Of a DNA stretch of 64,000 nt, positions 50,539 to 60,089 are shown piece after piece. Below the pieces are notes generated by a model. The model saw only the letters and a program-made list of their open reading frames with translations. It was not told where the DNA came from and ran no database searches. Position 1 is the stretch's first letter, and each line of letters begins with the position of its first letter. The translations under genes and the position numbers were made by a program. Origin of the DNA: an uncultured Acidobacteriota bacterium (lineage in GTDB: Bacteria; Acidobacteriota; Thermoanaerobaculia; UBA5066; Gp7-AA6); contig CAWFIK010000006.1 in the NCBI GenBank assembly GCA_963815865.1, forward strand, positions 284,854 through 348,853, given 5' to 3'.

Positions 50539-52702
50539 GCCGCCGCCCAGACGGCCTGCAGAAGGAGACCGATCAGGTACGCGGCCTTCGCGAAGTACTT
50601 CGTCGCCGCGCGTGTTCCCGCCGTCGCCGCCGCGCCCTTCCCCTGGCCGAGCACCCTCGAATCGTTCAGCCGGTTCCACTCCCACGCATTGACGCGGTCC
50701 GGGTCGGCCGCGGCCCAGGCGAGCCTCGAGGAGTAACGGATTCGCAGGCGGACCCAGCGCGCCTCCGCGGGGAGTGCGCGGTCCAGGACCTTGCCGTCTT
50801 CGAAGACGAGCCTCGCCTTTGCCTCGTGCGCCCACTCGCCGCGGTTGCCGAAGACGACGACGCTCTCGTAGATCTTCTTCTCGTCGGCGCGCGTGTCTTC
50901 CTTCTCTTTCGTCGGAAGCACGCGGCGCCCCTTCTCGAAGGTGAGCCGCCCCTGCGCGCGGTCGTAGACGCCGAAGTCCCGGGCTTCCTCGCGGGTGGCC
51001 GCGGAGACCACGCTCCAGTCCAGCCGGGCCGTTCCCTCGACGAGGTTGCGCCGGTACGCCGAGAGGTCGCGGCCGGAGACGCGCTCGAAGACGTCGAAGA
51101 AGTCCTCTGTCGTTGGATGCCGGAAGGACCACTCGTCGAAGTACACCCGCTGCGCGCGGGCATAGGTCTCGACGCCGAGGTCGTTTCTCAGCTGGGCGAG
51201 AAAGAGACCGACCTTGAAGTAAGAGTTCGTTCCGTACGAGTTGCCGGAGAAATAGCCCCAGGCGACTCGCCGGATCGGGTCGAGGTTGGCCAGCGAGGCA
51301 TACTCGAATGCGCGAGCGCGTCCAGATCGAAGCCGATGCCGCCGGGAATCGAAGCGTCGCGAGGCCCGTAGGCGAGCTGCATCGTCCGGAACTCGGAGTC
51401 GGTGTTGATCCCTTCGTCGAGCCACGAGTCTTCGAACTCGTTGGAGCCGACCATGCCGTACCAGTACTGGTGGCCGAACTCGTGGATGGTCACGTCCTCG
51501 ACGAGACGAAAGCGCAAGAAGGGCGGGAGCAGGAGGATCTTCGGAGCGTACCCGGTGATGAACGTCGGGTACTCCATGCCGCCGGAGCCTAGGCCGTCGT
51601 CGGGCGGGTCGACGACCGTCAGCGTCTCGTAGGGGTAAGCGCCGAACCAGAGGCCGTAGAAGGAGAGCGCCTTCCTTCGTCGAGCGGACATAGCGGTCCC
51701 GGGCGGCCCGGTGGTCGGGCTGGAGGAGGAGACGCACGGCGACCGGCTTCAAGGCGAGCGCGGACTCGGGGAGCCCGAGCTCCCTGGAGGCGAGCCGCGC
51801 TCCAGCCGGCCGGGATGTCCGCGGGAGGATCGAAGCGGAATTCGTGCACCACGAAGCCGCGGGTCGGCCGTCCAGGCGAAGTCGTGGACGTTGTCCGGCG
51901 ACGTAGCGGTAGATCGCGAGGTCTCCCTTCTTCGACTCGGAGACGCGCTTCCCCGTCGCGCCGACGACGAAGCCGGGGACCGTGAACGTCACGTCGAAGT
52001 GGCCGAAGTCGGCGTAGAACTCGGAATTCGCGTGAAACGAGTGGCAGTTCCAGCCGCCGGCGGCCCGCCGCCGCATTCCGGCGGGCTCGTACACGCCGAT
52101 CTTGGGGAACCATTGGCCGACGAGGTGGTAGTCGCGGACGTAGCCGGTGCGCGCGAAGACCTTCGGGAGCTTCGCGCGGAAGGAGATCGCGAGCGAGATC
52201 TCGCCGTGGGGGGGACCGGCGTCGAAGCGGCACCGCGAGCACGGTCTCGTCCGAGGCGGGCGAGCCGGGCGGCGGCGCGTCCGGAAAGTCGTAGCCGTCC
52301 GGTGGATGAACTCGCCGATGGCTTGAGGTCCGCGCCGGAGGAGGTCTTCATCGAAAGGACGTCGATCCAGCCCCAGTCCTGAGCTTCTTCGCCGGCGCGG
52401 TCCCCGCGCAGCTGGCCCCCCGACTCCCGCACGAAGATCGATCGGTTGTTCTTGAACGCGTTCAGGTACATGTGGAAGCGCAGCTCCGGACATGGGATCG
52501 CCGGAGGGATTGCTCCAGATCAGCCGCTCCCGCCCCTCGAACTGTGCGTCCCCGCGTCGAGCTTCGCCTCGATCGTGTACTCGACGACCGGGGGCGAGAC
52601 GGGCGCGGCGGCAGCCAGCTCCCGGGCGATCAGGCCGAAGGCGACGACCATCGCCGCCCGCGCCGCGGCCCGACTCAGATTCGCGACAGGAATTCGCTTC
52701 AA
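50535..52702 (-). CDS. M1 family metallopeptidase (aminopeptidase N-like; many frameshifts)
   Basis: HEFGHQYWYGMVGSNEFEDSWLDEG carries the HEXXH-X18-E motif. The N-terminus is signal-like, from a TTG at 52702. Confidence 0.75.
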
Positions 52703-52810
52703 TTGACCTCGCCTCCAGGAAACGCAGGAATCGCTCTCGGGTTCTGCGGCAGTCTACATTTGACAACGGACCCTTCCGCAAGAAATGAGGGGACGAGCCG
52801 TCGCAACCCA

Positions 52811-52816
52811 TAGAAT
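52811..52816 (+). promoter_or_regulatory. -10-like TAGAAT, 6 nt upstream of GTG 52823 (candidate leaderless promoter)
   Basis: Read directly as cccaTAGAATtccgccGTG. There is no Shine-Dalgarno sequence in between. Confidence 0.4.
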
Positions 52817-52822
52817 TCCGCC

Positions 52823-53809
52823 GTGCCCCGCCGCTTTGCGTTTCTGACCGGAGGCACCGGCTTCGTCGGTGGCCACGTGGCTCGAGCGCTGCTCGCGGAA
52901 AGGTGGGAAGTGCGCGCGCTCTCGCGACGAGCGGATGGCTTCCCTCCCGACCTTCGTGTGGAGATCGTCGCGGGCGACCTGTCGGAGGGCTCACACGAGA
53001 TTCTCCGCGCCGCCCTGCGCGGATGCGACGCAATCGTTCACGTGGCCGGGTTGGTCAAGGCGCGCACGCTCGAGGAGTATCGGGCGATCAACGTCGCGGG
53101 GACGGAGCGTGTCCTCGCGGCCGGCGGAGCAGCGGCCCCGGAGGCCCTCTTTCTTCTCGTCTCGAGCCAGGCCGCGGCGGGACCGGCCCGGGACGGACGC
53201 CCGGTGCGGGAGGGAGAGACCCCGCGACCCGTGTCCTGGTACGGCCGTTCCAAGCTCGAGTGCGAAGAGGCGGTGGCTCGCGATTGGCAGGGCCCCTGGC
53301 TCGTCCTGCGCCCCGCCGTCGTCTTCGGGCCGGGAGATCGCGGGCTTCTGAGGCTCTTCGCCGCGGCCGCCAGGGGCTTTGTTCCGGCGCCGGCAGCGAA
53401 ACGGCGCGTCCAGATCATCCACGCCTCCCGGGCGGCGGCGGGGATCGCGCGCGCGGCGGGGCGGCCCGACCTTTCCGGAAACGTGGCATTCCTCTGCGAT
53501 CCGGACCCCATCCAGGTTCGGGACCTGGCTGCGGCGATCGCCCGGCTGCCGGAACGCCCCGCGAGGGTCGTGCCCCTGCCCGATTTCCTCGTGCGGATGG
53601 CCGGGGCGCTGGAGACCCTCCGGGAGTTCGTGACGGGAAGCTCGCGCCCTTTCAACGCCGACAAGGCGAGGGAGATCCTGGCCGGTGACTGGCTCTGCGA
53701 CCCGGCGCTAATGCAGAAACATCTTGATTTATCCCCGCCGTCTCCCTTGGAGTACTCCCTAAGGGACACCTGGGATTGGTACAAGCAACACGGGTGGCTC
53801 CGATTGTAA
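52823..53809 (+). CDS. NAD-dependent epimerase/dehydratase family (extended SDR) protein; candidate ceramide/3-keto-sphinganine reductase
   Basis: Intact 328 aa with the TGGTGFVGGHV Rossmann motif. The functional guess rests on gene context only. Confidence 0.8.
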   Translation: MPRRFAFLTGGTGFVGGHVARALLAERWEVRALSRRADGFPPDLRVEIVAGDLSEGSHEILRAALRGCDAIVHVAGLVKARTLEEYRAINVAGTERVLAAGGAAAPEALFLLVSSQAAAGPARDGRPVREGETPRPVSWYGRSKLECEEAVARDWQGPWLVLRPAVVFGPGDRGLLRLFAAAARGFVPAPAAKRRVQIIHASRAAAGIARAAGRPDLSGNVAFLCDPDPIQVRDLAAAIARLPERPARVVPLPDFLVRMAGALETLREFVTGSSRPFNADKAREILAGDWLCDPALMQKHLDLSPPSPLEYSLRDTWDWYKQHGWLRL

Positions 53810-53860
53810 AATTTGCTAAGATGACCCCGACGGGACTCGAGAAAACTGCTGGGAGGGAAG

Positions 53861-55102
53861 ATGAGCAAAGCTGCTCCGGCGGCAACAATCCCGGTCGAAA
53901 GCACTTCCCCGTTTTTCGATAAGTGCTACCGGTACGATGACGCGGACCGCGTCCGACAGGCCGGGGTCTATTCGTTTTTCCGGGTCGTGGAGTCGGCCCA
54001 GGATCCGGAGGTCTTGATCGGCGGCCGCCGGCTCATCATGCTCGGGTCCAACAACTACCTTGGACTGACCAACGACCCCCGCGTCAAGGAAGCGGCCATC
54101 GAGGCGATTCGCCGGTACGGCTCCGGCTGCGCCGGGTCGAGATTCTTGAACGGCACCCTCGATCTTCACGTTCTGCTGGAGGAGCGCCTGGCCGAGTTCA
54201 TGCGGCAGGAGGCCGCCGTGACGTTCGCGACAGGGTTCCAGGTCAACCTCGGGGCGATCTCCTGTCTCGTCGGCAAGGGGGATTCGGTCTATCTCGACAA
54301 GCAGGACCACGCCTGCATCATCGACGGCGCTCGCCTCTCCTTCGGCGAAGTCCGCAAGTTCCGGCACAACGACCCCGCGGACCTGAGACGGCAGATGCAG
54401 CACGATTCCTCGGCCCGGGGACGCTTCATCGTCGTCGACGGGGTGTTCTCCATGGAGGGGGACATCGCTCCGCTGCCGGCGATCCTCGCCGCGGCGCGCG
54501 ATTTCGGTGCAGGCGTCATGGTGGACGACGCTCACGGCATCGGCGTTCTCGGCGCGACCGGCCGCGGGACCGCCGAGCACTTCGGCGTCGAGGAGGAAGT
54601 CGACCTGATCATGGGGACCTTCTCGAAGTCCATGGCTTCGGTGGGAGGATTCATCTCCGGCGACGCGACGGTCATCGACTACATCAAGCACCGGGCGCGC
54701 ACGATGATCTTCTCCGCGGCGCCGCCGCCCGCCTCGGTCGCCGCCGCGCTGGCGACGCTCGACATCATGGACGACGAGCCCGAGCGGCGGGCGAGGCTCT
54801 GGGAGAACACGCGCTTCTTCCGGGAGGGATTGAAGTCGCTCGGGCTGGACACCGGCAATTCCGAGACGCCCGTCGTCCCGATCGTCGTGGGAGAGGACGC
54901 CGTCGCGCTGCAAATGGTGCAGCGCCTCCACGAGGAAGGGGTCTTCGTCAACTGCGTCATCTCTCCGGCGACTCCTCCGGGACGCGCGCTCATCCGCACG
55001 TCGCTGATGGCGACGCACACGCGGGAGCAGCTCGCGCGCGCCCTCGAAGCGATCGAAAGGGTCGGCCGCGAGGTCGGCCTCATCCAGCCCGTCGAGGTGT
55101 GA
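53861..55102 (+). CDS. alpha-oxoamine synthase family PLP enzyme (serine palmitoyltransferase / KBL / AONS-like)
   Basis: Intact 413 aa. Contains GSNNYLGL, SRFLNGTLDLH, DDAHG and the PLP-Lys motif GTFSKS. Confidence 0.88.
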   Translation: MSKAAPAATIPVESTSPFFDKCYRYDDADRVRQAGVYSFFRVVESAQDPEVLIGGRRLIMLGSNNYLGLTNDPRVKEAAIEAIRRYGSGCAGSRFLNGTLDLHVLLEERLAEFMRQEAAVTFATGFQVNLGAISCLVGKGDSVYLDKQDHACIIDGARLSFGEVRKFRHNDPADLRRQMQHDSSARGRFIVVDGVFSMEGDIAPLPAILAAARDFGAGVMVDDAHGIGVLGATGRGTAEHFGVEEEVDLIMGTFSKSMASVGGFISGDATVIDYIKHRARTMIFSAAPPPASVAAALATLDIMDDEPERRARLWENTRFFREGLKSLGLDTGNSETPVVPIVVGEDAVALQMVQRLHEEGVFVNCVISPATPPGRALIRTSLMATHTREQLARALEAIERVGREVGLIQPVEV

Positions 55103-55262
55103 GGTTCGGAACCAGGTTTCAGGGAACAGGTTTCAGGGACAATGCAGCTATCCGGCATCCGGTGTCCGGTGTCAGGCAACGGGCCGAACCTGAAACCTGA
55201 TACCTGGCACCCGACACCTCCATTTCCCCTGATACTTCTTCCCCTGACATCTCTTCCCCTCC
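55103..55262. repeat. compound heptad-repeat element (CAGGNNN, CCGGNNT and complementary CCTG/CCCCTG arrays)
   Basis: GGTTCGG (55103-55109) is complementary to CCGAACC (55184-55190). CAGGTTTCAGG (55113-55123 and again at 55127-55137) is complementary to CCTGAAACCTG (55189-55199). GGTGTCCGGTGTCAGG is complementary to CCTGGCACCCGACACC in 14 of 16 positions. Confidence 0.75.
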
Positions 55263-55263
55263 G

Positions 55264-56406
55264 ATGACGGTTTCCATCGAGCCGATCTCGCGGTCGAAGC
55301 GGGATCTGAATCGTTTCTTCGACGTCGCGGATCGGATCTATCGCGGCGATCCCAACTGGGTCGCGCCGCTGCGCGACGACGTCGCGAAGGTCTTCGCCGA
55401 GAAGAACCCGTTCTTCCACCACGCGGAGATCCAGCTCTTCGTGGCCCGCCGAAACGGCGACGACGCCGGGCGCGTCGCCGCGATCCTGGATCGGGGCCAC
55501 AACGAGTTCCATCGGGAGAAGACGGCGTTCTTCGGGTTCTTCGAGTCGGAGAACGACCGGGCCGTCTCGGCCGCGTTGCTCGACACGGCGGCGAACTGGG
55601 CGCGCCGGCGGGGGATGGAGACTCTGCGCGGGCCCGCGAACCCGAGCCTGAACGACGAGGCCGGGCTCCTCGTCGAGGGATTCGACTCGCCGCCCGTCCT
55701 GATGATGACGTACAACCCGCGCTATTACGCGGCCCTGATCGAGGCGGCCGGATTTCGGAAGGCAAAAGATCTCCTCGCCTACTGGTTCGAGATCGGGCCG
55801 GAGCCGCTCGCTCGTTTCGCGCGCATCAACGAACGCTTCCGAAAGCGCAACCGGGACATCGAGGTGCGCAAGGTTTCCAAGGGCAGCCTGAAGGCGGATC
55901 TGCCGAGGATCCGCGAGGTCTACAACGACGCCTGGGAGGAGAACTGGGGCTTCGTGCCGATGACTTCCGAGGAGATGGACTTCATGGCCGCCCGGTTGAA
56001 GCCGCTCCTCGCCGAGGACTTTCTCTTCCTGGCGGAGGCGAGGAGGCCCGACGGAAACCTCGACCCGGTCGCGTTCATGCTCTCCCTGCCCGATTACAAC
56101 GCGGCGATCCAGCCGCTGCGCGGAAGGCTCCTGCCGTTGGGATGGCTGAAGTTTCTCCTGGGACTGAGGAAGATCCGGACGCTGCGCGTCCTCACCCTCG
56201 GGATCAAGAAGGACTACCGCATGCGCGGGCTTCAGTCGATCATGTTCGAGGAAGGCCTGAAGGCCTGTCTCAAACGCGGACTGAACGGATGCGAAGTCTC
56301 CTGGATGCTCGAGGACAACGAGGCCGTGCTGCGGTCCATGCGTCTCTGGGGCGGGAAGCACTACAAAACGTACCGGATGTACGACAGGACACTGGAGCCC
56401 GTCTAA
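55264..56406 (+). CDS. large GNAT-like N-acyltransferase family protein (about 380 aa); candidate bacterial ceramide synthase-type acyltransferase
   Basis: Intact. It has an acyl-CoA N-acyltransferase-like fold pattern (FFGFFES..., RGPANPSLNDEAGLL). The functional guess rests on gene context only. Confidence 0.6.
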   Translation: MTVSIEPISRSKRDLNRFFDVADRIYRGDPNWVAPLRDDVAKVFAEKNPFFHHAEIQLFVARRNGDDAGRVAAILDRGHNEFHREKTAFFGFFESENDRAVSAALLDTAANWARRRGMETLRGPANPSLNDEAGLLVEGFDSPPVLMMTYNPRYYAALIEAAGFRKAKDLLAYWFEIGPEPLARFARINERFRKRNRDIEVRKVSKGSLKADLPRIREVYNDAWEENWGFVPMTSEEMDFMAARLKPLLAEDFLFLAEARRPDGNLDPVAFMLSLPDYNAAIQPLRGRLLPLGWLKFLLGLRKIRTLRVLTLGIKKDYRMRGLQSIMFEEGLKACLKRGLNGCEVSWMLEDNEAVLRSMRLWGGKHYKTYRMYDRTLEPV

Positions 56407-57281
56407 CTTCCAGGGTCTGCGGCCCGGGGCCGAGTCCAGCGGTCGTAGATCCGATCTGCGACAGGGACCGTGAAGGCCGCCAGGGTCGCGCCGGCGATCA
56501 CGTCGATGACGTAGTGATAACGGCAGTAGACGGTCGAGATCACGAGGCAGACAGCGATCGGGAGGAGCCACCAGAAAGCGTCGCGGGCGCGCTGGAAGGC
56601 CGCGAGCAGGACCACTACGGCGATCATCGTGTGGCCGGAGGGAAAGACGTCGAACTTCGTGTTCTCCAGCTCGTCGAGCGTCGAAGAGATCGCGCGGGAC
56701 AGCGCGGTCGTCTCGAGCGGCGCGGTGTGGCTCGAGGCGAGCGCGACGCGAGGGCCGAGCGCCGGCAAGGCGAAGTACCCCGCGTACGAGACGACGTAGG
56801 CCACGGTGAGGGTGAAGATGAAGCGGCGGGCCGTGGAGGGGCTCCTCTTCCAGAGAACGGCGCCGAGCGCGATCGCGATGAAGTAGTAGGTCAGATAGGC
56901 CACGAAGAGGAGATCCGTCAGCGCGGGATGGAGGAATCGCTGCAGCCAGACCGTCGGGTCCGTCCCGAAGATCCGGCGGTCCGCGGCGATCAACAGGTCG
57001 TCCCGCGCGACGGGGCGGGCCGCGACGATCAGCGGCCCGAGGCTCTCGTAGAGGATCGGGATGAACGCGATCGGGTAGAAATTGACGAGCACTCGCGCCG
57101 CCGGAGGCAGCCGGTCCTCTTTTCGAACGAGCGCCATCACGACGAGGACGCCTGCCGCCATGGCGGCATACCGCGTCAGGATGCCCGCCGGATGAGCGAC
57201 GCGGCCGTCGAGCCGGAGGGTGAGCGCGGAGAGCACGCCGAGGGTGAGCAGGTTCAACGCTTCGAGCGGGCGCGGCCTCAC
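56403..57281 (-). CDS. PAP2 superfamily membrane protein (phosphatidic acid phosphatase / sphingolipid-synthase-like)
   Basis: Intact and polytopic. It carries the C2/C3 motifs FPSGHT ... YCRYHYVIDVIAG. Confidence 0.8.
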   Translation of the reverse strand: MRPRPLEALNLLTLGVLSALTLRLDGRVAHPAGILTRYAAMAAGVLVVMALVRKEDRLPPAARVLVNFYPIAFIPILYESLGPLIVAARPVARDDLLIAADRRIFGTDPTVWLQRFLHPALTDLLFVAYLTYYFIAIALGAVLWKRSPSTARRFIFTLTVAYVVSYAGYFALPALGPRVALASSHTAPLETTALSRAISSTLDELENTKFDVFPSGHTMIAVVVLLAAFQRARDAFWWLLPIAVCLVISTVYCRYHYVIDVIAGATLAAFTVPVADRIYDRWTRPRAADPGS

Positions 57282-57288
57282 GCGCGCA

Positions 57289-57294
57289 TTTATA
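57289..57294 (-). promoter_or_regulatory. -10-like TATAAA, 7 nt upstream of the PAP2 GTG, flanked by GCGCG clamps
   Basis: The minus strand reads CGCGCTATAAATGCGCGCGTG. Confidence 0.35.
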
Positions 57295-57336
57295 GCGCGT
57301 TTCCATGGACTGCCCGGACGCCGCGGACGTACGGGA

Positions 57337-57342
57337 TAGAAT
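57337..57342 (+). promoter_or_regulatory. -10-like TAGAAT, 10 nt upstream of the nfeD ATG 57353
   Basis: Read directly as gggaTAGAATctctctgttcATG. Confidence 0.4.
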
Positions 57343-57352
57343 CTCTCTGTTC

Positions 57353-58675
57353 ATGAAGGCTCCGGCAGCGTCTGCGCTCCTGACAGCGCTCGGGGCGTGT
57401 CTTCTGGTGGCCGGCGCCGCCGCGGGGGCACCGGCCTCCGCTCCCGCGCCTCTCGTCGTCGTCGGACGCATCGACACGCCGATCCATCCCGCTGCCGCGA
57501 ATTATCTGAACAAGCTGGTCAAAGGCGCGGAAAGGGACGGAGCCGCGTTGGTCGTCCTCGGGATCTCGACGCCCGGAGGGCTCCTGACGTCGACTCGTGA
57601 GATGGCGACGACGATTCTCCTTTCCCGTATCCCGATCGTCACGTTCGTCTCTCCCTCGGGCTCCTCCGCCGCCTCGGCCGGCTTCTTCCTGCTTCTCTCG
57701 GGGGACGTGGCGGCGATGGCCCCGGGCACCAACGCGGGAGCGGCCCACCCGGTGGCGGGAGAAGGGCAGGATCTGCCGAAGACTCTGAACGAGAAAGCGG
57801 AGCAGGACGCGCGCGCGTTCATCCGCAGCCTCGCGAGGCAGCGGGGGCGCAACGCCGACAAAGCGGAGTCGGCGGTCACGTCCAGCGCGTCCTTCACGGA
57901 AACCGAGGCGAAGGAAGCCGGGCTGATCGAATTCGTCGCACGGGACGTGCCCGACCTGCTCGGCCAGCTCGACGGGCGGTCGATCAAGCGGGTCGGCGAC
58001 AAGGAAGCGACGCTCCACCTCAAGGGGTACCGGCTCGAGAGCCGGGAGATGACCGGGCTCGAGAAGGTCCTGGGAGTCGTCTCGCACCCCAACGTCGCCT
58101 ACATCCTCTTCCTGCTCGGTCTCGTGGGCCTCTACTTCGAGATGTCGAGCCCCGGCGCGGTCCTGCCGGGCGTCGTGGGAGGGATCGCGCTGCTGCTCGC
58201 GCTCTACGCGTTCTCGGTCCTGCCGGTCAACCTGGCCGGGATCGCGCTGATCCTCTTCGCGGTGCTCCTCTTCGTCCTGGAGGTCAAGGTGGCCAGCCAC
58301 GGCGTGCTCGCGGCCGGCGGAGCCATCGCGCTGCTCGCGGGCTCGCTCCTGCTCTTCTCCGGCCGCGGCGAGCAGGTGTACCGCGTGGATCTCTCGATCA
58401 TCCTGCCGGCCGTGGCGACGACGCTCGGAGTCGTGGGCTTCCTGACGTTCCGGACGATTTCGCTTCGCCGGTTGCCGGTGACGACCGGGGCATCCGGCCT
58501 GGTCGGGAAGAGCGCGCGCGTGGTGCGGCCGATCGGGGAGCCCGATGACATGGGCACGGTCCTGCTGGAAGGGGAATACTGGGACGCATACGGAGCGCCC
58601 GGAGCGGTTCCCGGAGAAACGGTTCGCGTGGTCGGAATGGACGGGTTGAAGCTTCGTGTCGAACGGAGGGCGTGA
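57353..58675 (+). CDS. NfeD family membrane-bound serine protease (ClpP-class)
   Basis: It has a signal peptide, a ClpP-like domain (TPGGLLTSTREM...SAASAGFFLL), TM helices and a C-terminal NfeD OB domain. Confidence 0.85.
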   Translation: MKAPAASALLTALGACLLVAGAAAGAPASAPAPLVVVGRIDTPIHPAAANYLNKLVKGAERDGAALVVLGISTPGGLLTSTREMATTILLSRIPIVTFVSPSGSSAASAGFFLLLSGDVAAMAPGTNAGAAHPVAGEGQDLPKTLNEKAEQDARAFIRSLARQRGRNADKAESAVTSSASFTETEAKEAGLIEFVARDVPDLLGQLDGRSIKRVGDKEATLHLKGYRLESREMTGLEKVLGVVSHPNVAYILFLLGLVGLYFEMSSPGAVLPGVVGGIALLLALYAFSVLPVNLAGIALILFAVLLFVLEVKVASHGVLAAGGAIALLAGSLLLFSGRGEQVYRVDLSIILPAVATTLGVVGFLTFRTISLRRLPVTTGASGLVGKSARVVRPIGEPDDMGTVLLEGEYWDAYGAPGAVPGETVRVVGMDGLKLRVERRA

Positions 58676-59440
58676 TGCCGCAGGCCTTTTCTCTTCCGGG
58701 GTTCGTTTTCGCGTTGTTCATCCTGCTCCTGTTCCTGTTCAAGTGGATCAACATCCTCAAGGAGTACGAGCGGGCCGTGACGTTCTGGCTGGGGCGCCTG
58801 TCGCGGCAGCCGAAGGGGCCGGGCCTCGTCCTGATCTTCTGGCCCGTGGAGACGATGGTCCGGATGTCGCTGCGCACGATCGTCCACGACGTGCCGTCGC
58901 AGGACATCATCACGCGGGACAACGTCTCGGTGAAGGTGAACGCGGTCGTCTACTTCCGTGTCGTCCAGCCGAACAAGGCGGTCGTGCAGGTGGAGAACTA
59001 CCTCTACGCGACCTCGCAGCTCGCCCAGACGACCCTGCGCAGCATTCTGGGCCAGGCCATGCTCGACGAGCTCCTCTCGGAGCGGGACAAGCTGAACCTC
59101 TCCCTTCAGAAGGTCATCGACGAGCACACCGCAGCCATGGGGGATCAAGGTCTCGCTCGTCGAGGTCAAGCAGGTCGACCTGCCGCTGGAGATGCAGCGC
59201 GCGATGGCGAAGCAGGCGGAGGCGGAGCGCGAGAAGCGGGCGAAGATCATCCACGCGGAAGGGGAGGCCCAGGCCGCCGAGAAGCTCTCCGAGGCGGCCG
59301 CGATCATCGGCCGAGAGCCGGCCACACTTCAGCTGCGTTACCTCCAGACGCTGACGGAGCTCGCGAGCGAGAAGAACTCGACGATCGTCTTTCCGCTGCC
59401 GATCGACCTGCTGAAGGCCTTTCTCCCGAAGGAGAAGTAG
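58672..59440 (+). CDS. SPFH/Band 7 stomatin-like protein (slipin; one frameshift at a G-run near 59137)
   Basis: Contains [33 protein letters not shown], and then [30 protein letters not shown] in the second frame. Confidence 0.88.
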
Positions 59441-59453
59441 GTAGACTGCCGGC

Positions 59454-60089
59454 GTGCCCGAGCCCCGCACCCACTACCAGGTCTCCTTCACCTCGCGGCA
59501 GGCGGTCCTGCTCTTCGTCCTGGTTCTCGCCTCGCTGACGGGCGCGTACTTCCTGGGGGTCGCGACGGGCCTCGCAGGACGCCAGCCGGCAGAGAGTGCC
59601 GCCGTCTCTCCGTCGCCGGCAGCGCCCACGGCTCCGGCGGCCGCGGAGAAGATCGCCGCCACGCCCGCTCCGGGCAATTCCCCGGCCGCTGCCGCGTCCG
59701 AGCCGGAGCGTACTTCTCCGCCCGCGGCGGCTGCCCGGGAGCCAGGGAAGGGGGACAGCCTCGTGTTCTTCGAGGACCATCCCGAGCCGACCCCGGCCCC
59801 GCGGGCCACCTCGGCAAAGGCGGCCACGCCGGCACCGGCGAAGTCCGCGGAAGGCTTCTGGGTCCAGGTTCTCTCGAGCACGTCGGAGCGCGAGGCGAAG
59901 GCCCGCCAGTCCCTCCTCGCGAGGCACGGCTACCGGGCGGTCGTCGAGTCCTCCAGGAGCGCGAAGCGGCCGGTTCTTTACCGCGTGCGGGTGGGACCGT
60001 ACCCGGGGCGCGAGCAGGCCTCGAAGGCGGCAGAGACTCTCCAGCGCCGGGAGAAGGCGACGACGTGGATCGTCCCCCCGGGAGAATGA
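59454..60089 (+). CDS. SPOR domain-containing membrane protein
   Basis: It has an N-terminal TM helix, a Pro/Ala-rich linker and a C-terminal SPOR domain ([16 protein letters not shown]...YRVRVGPY). Confidence 0.8.
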   Translation: MPEPRTHYQVSFTSRQAVLLFVLVLASLTGAYFLGVATGLAGRQPAESAAVSPSPAAPTAPAAAEKIAATPAPGNSPAAAASEPERTSPPAAAAREPGKGDSLVFFEDHPEPTPAPRATSAKAATPAPAKSAEGFWVQVLSSTSEREAKARQSLLARHGYRAVVESSRSAKRPVLYRVRVGPYPGREQASKAAETLQRREKATTWIVPPGE

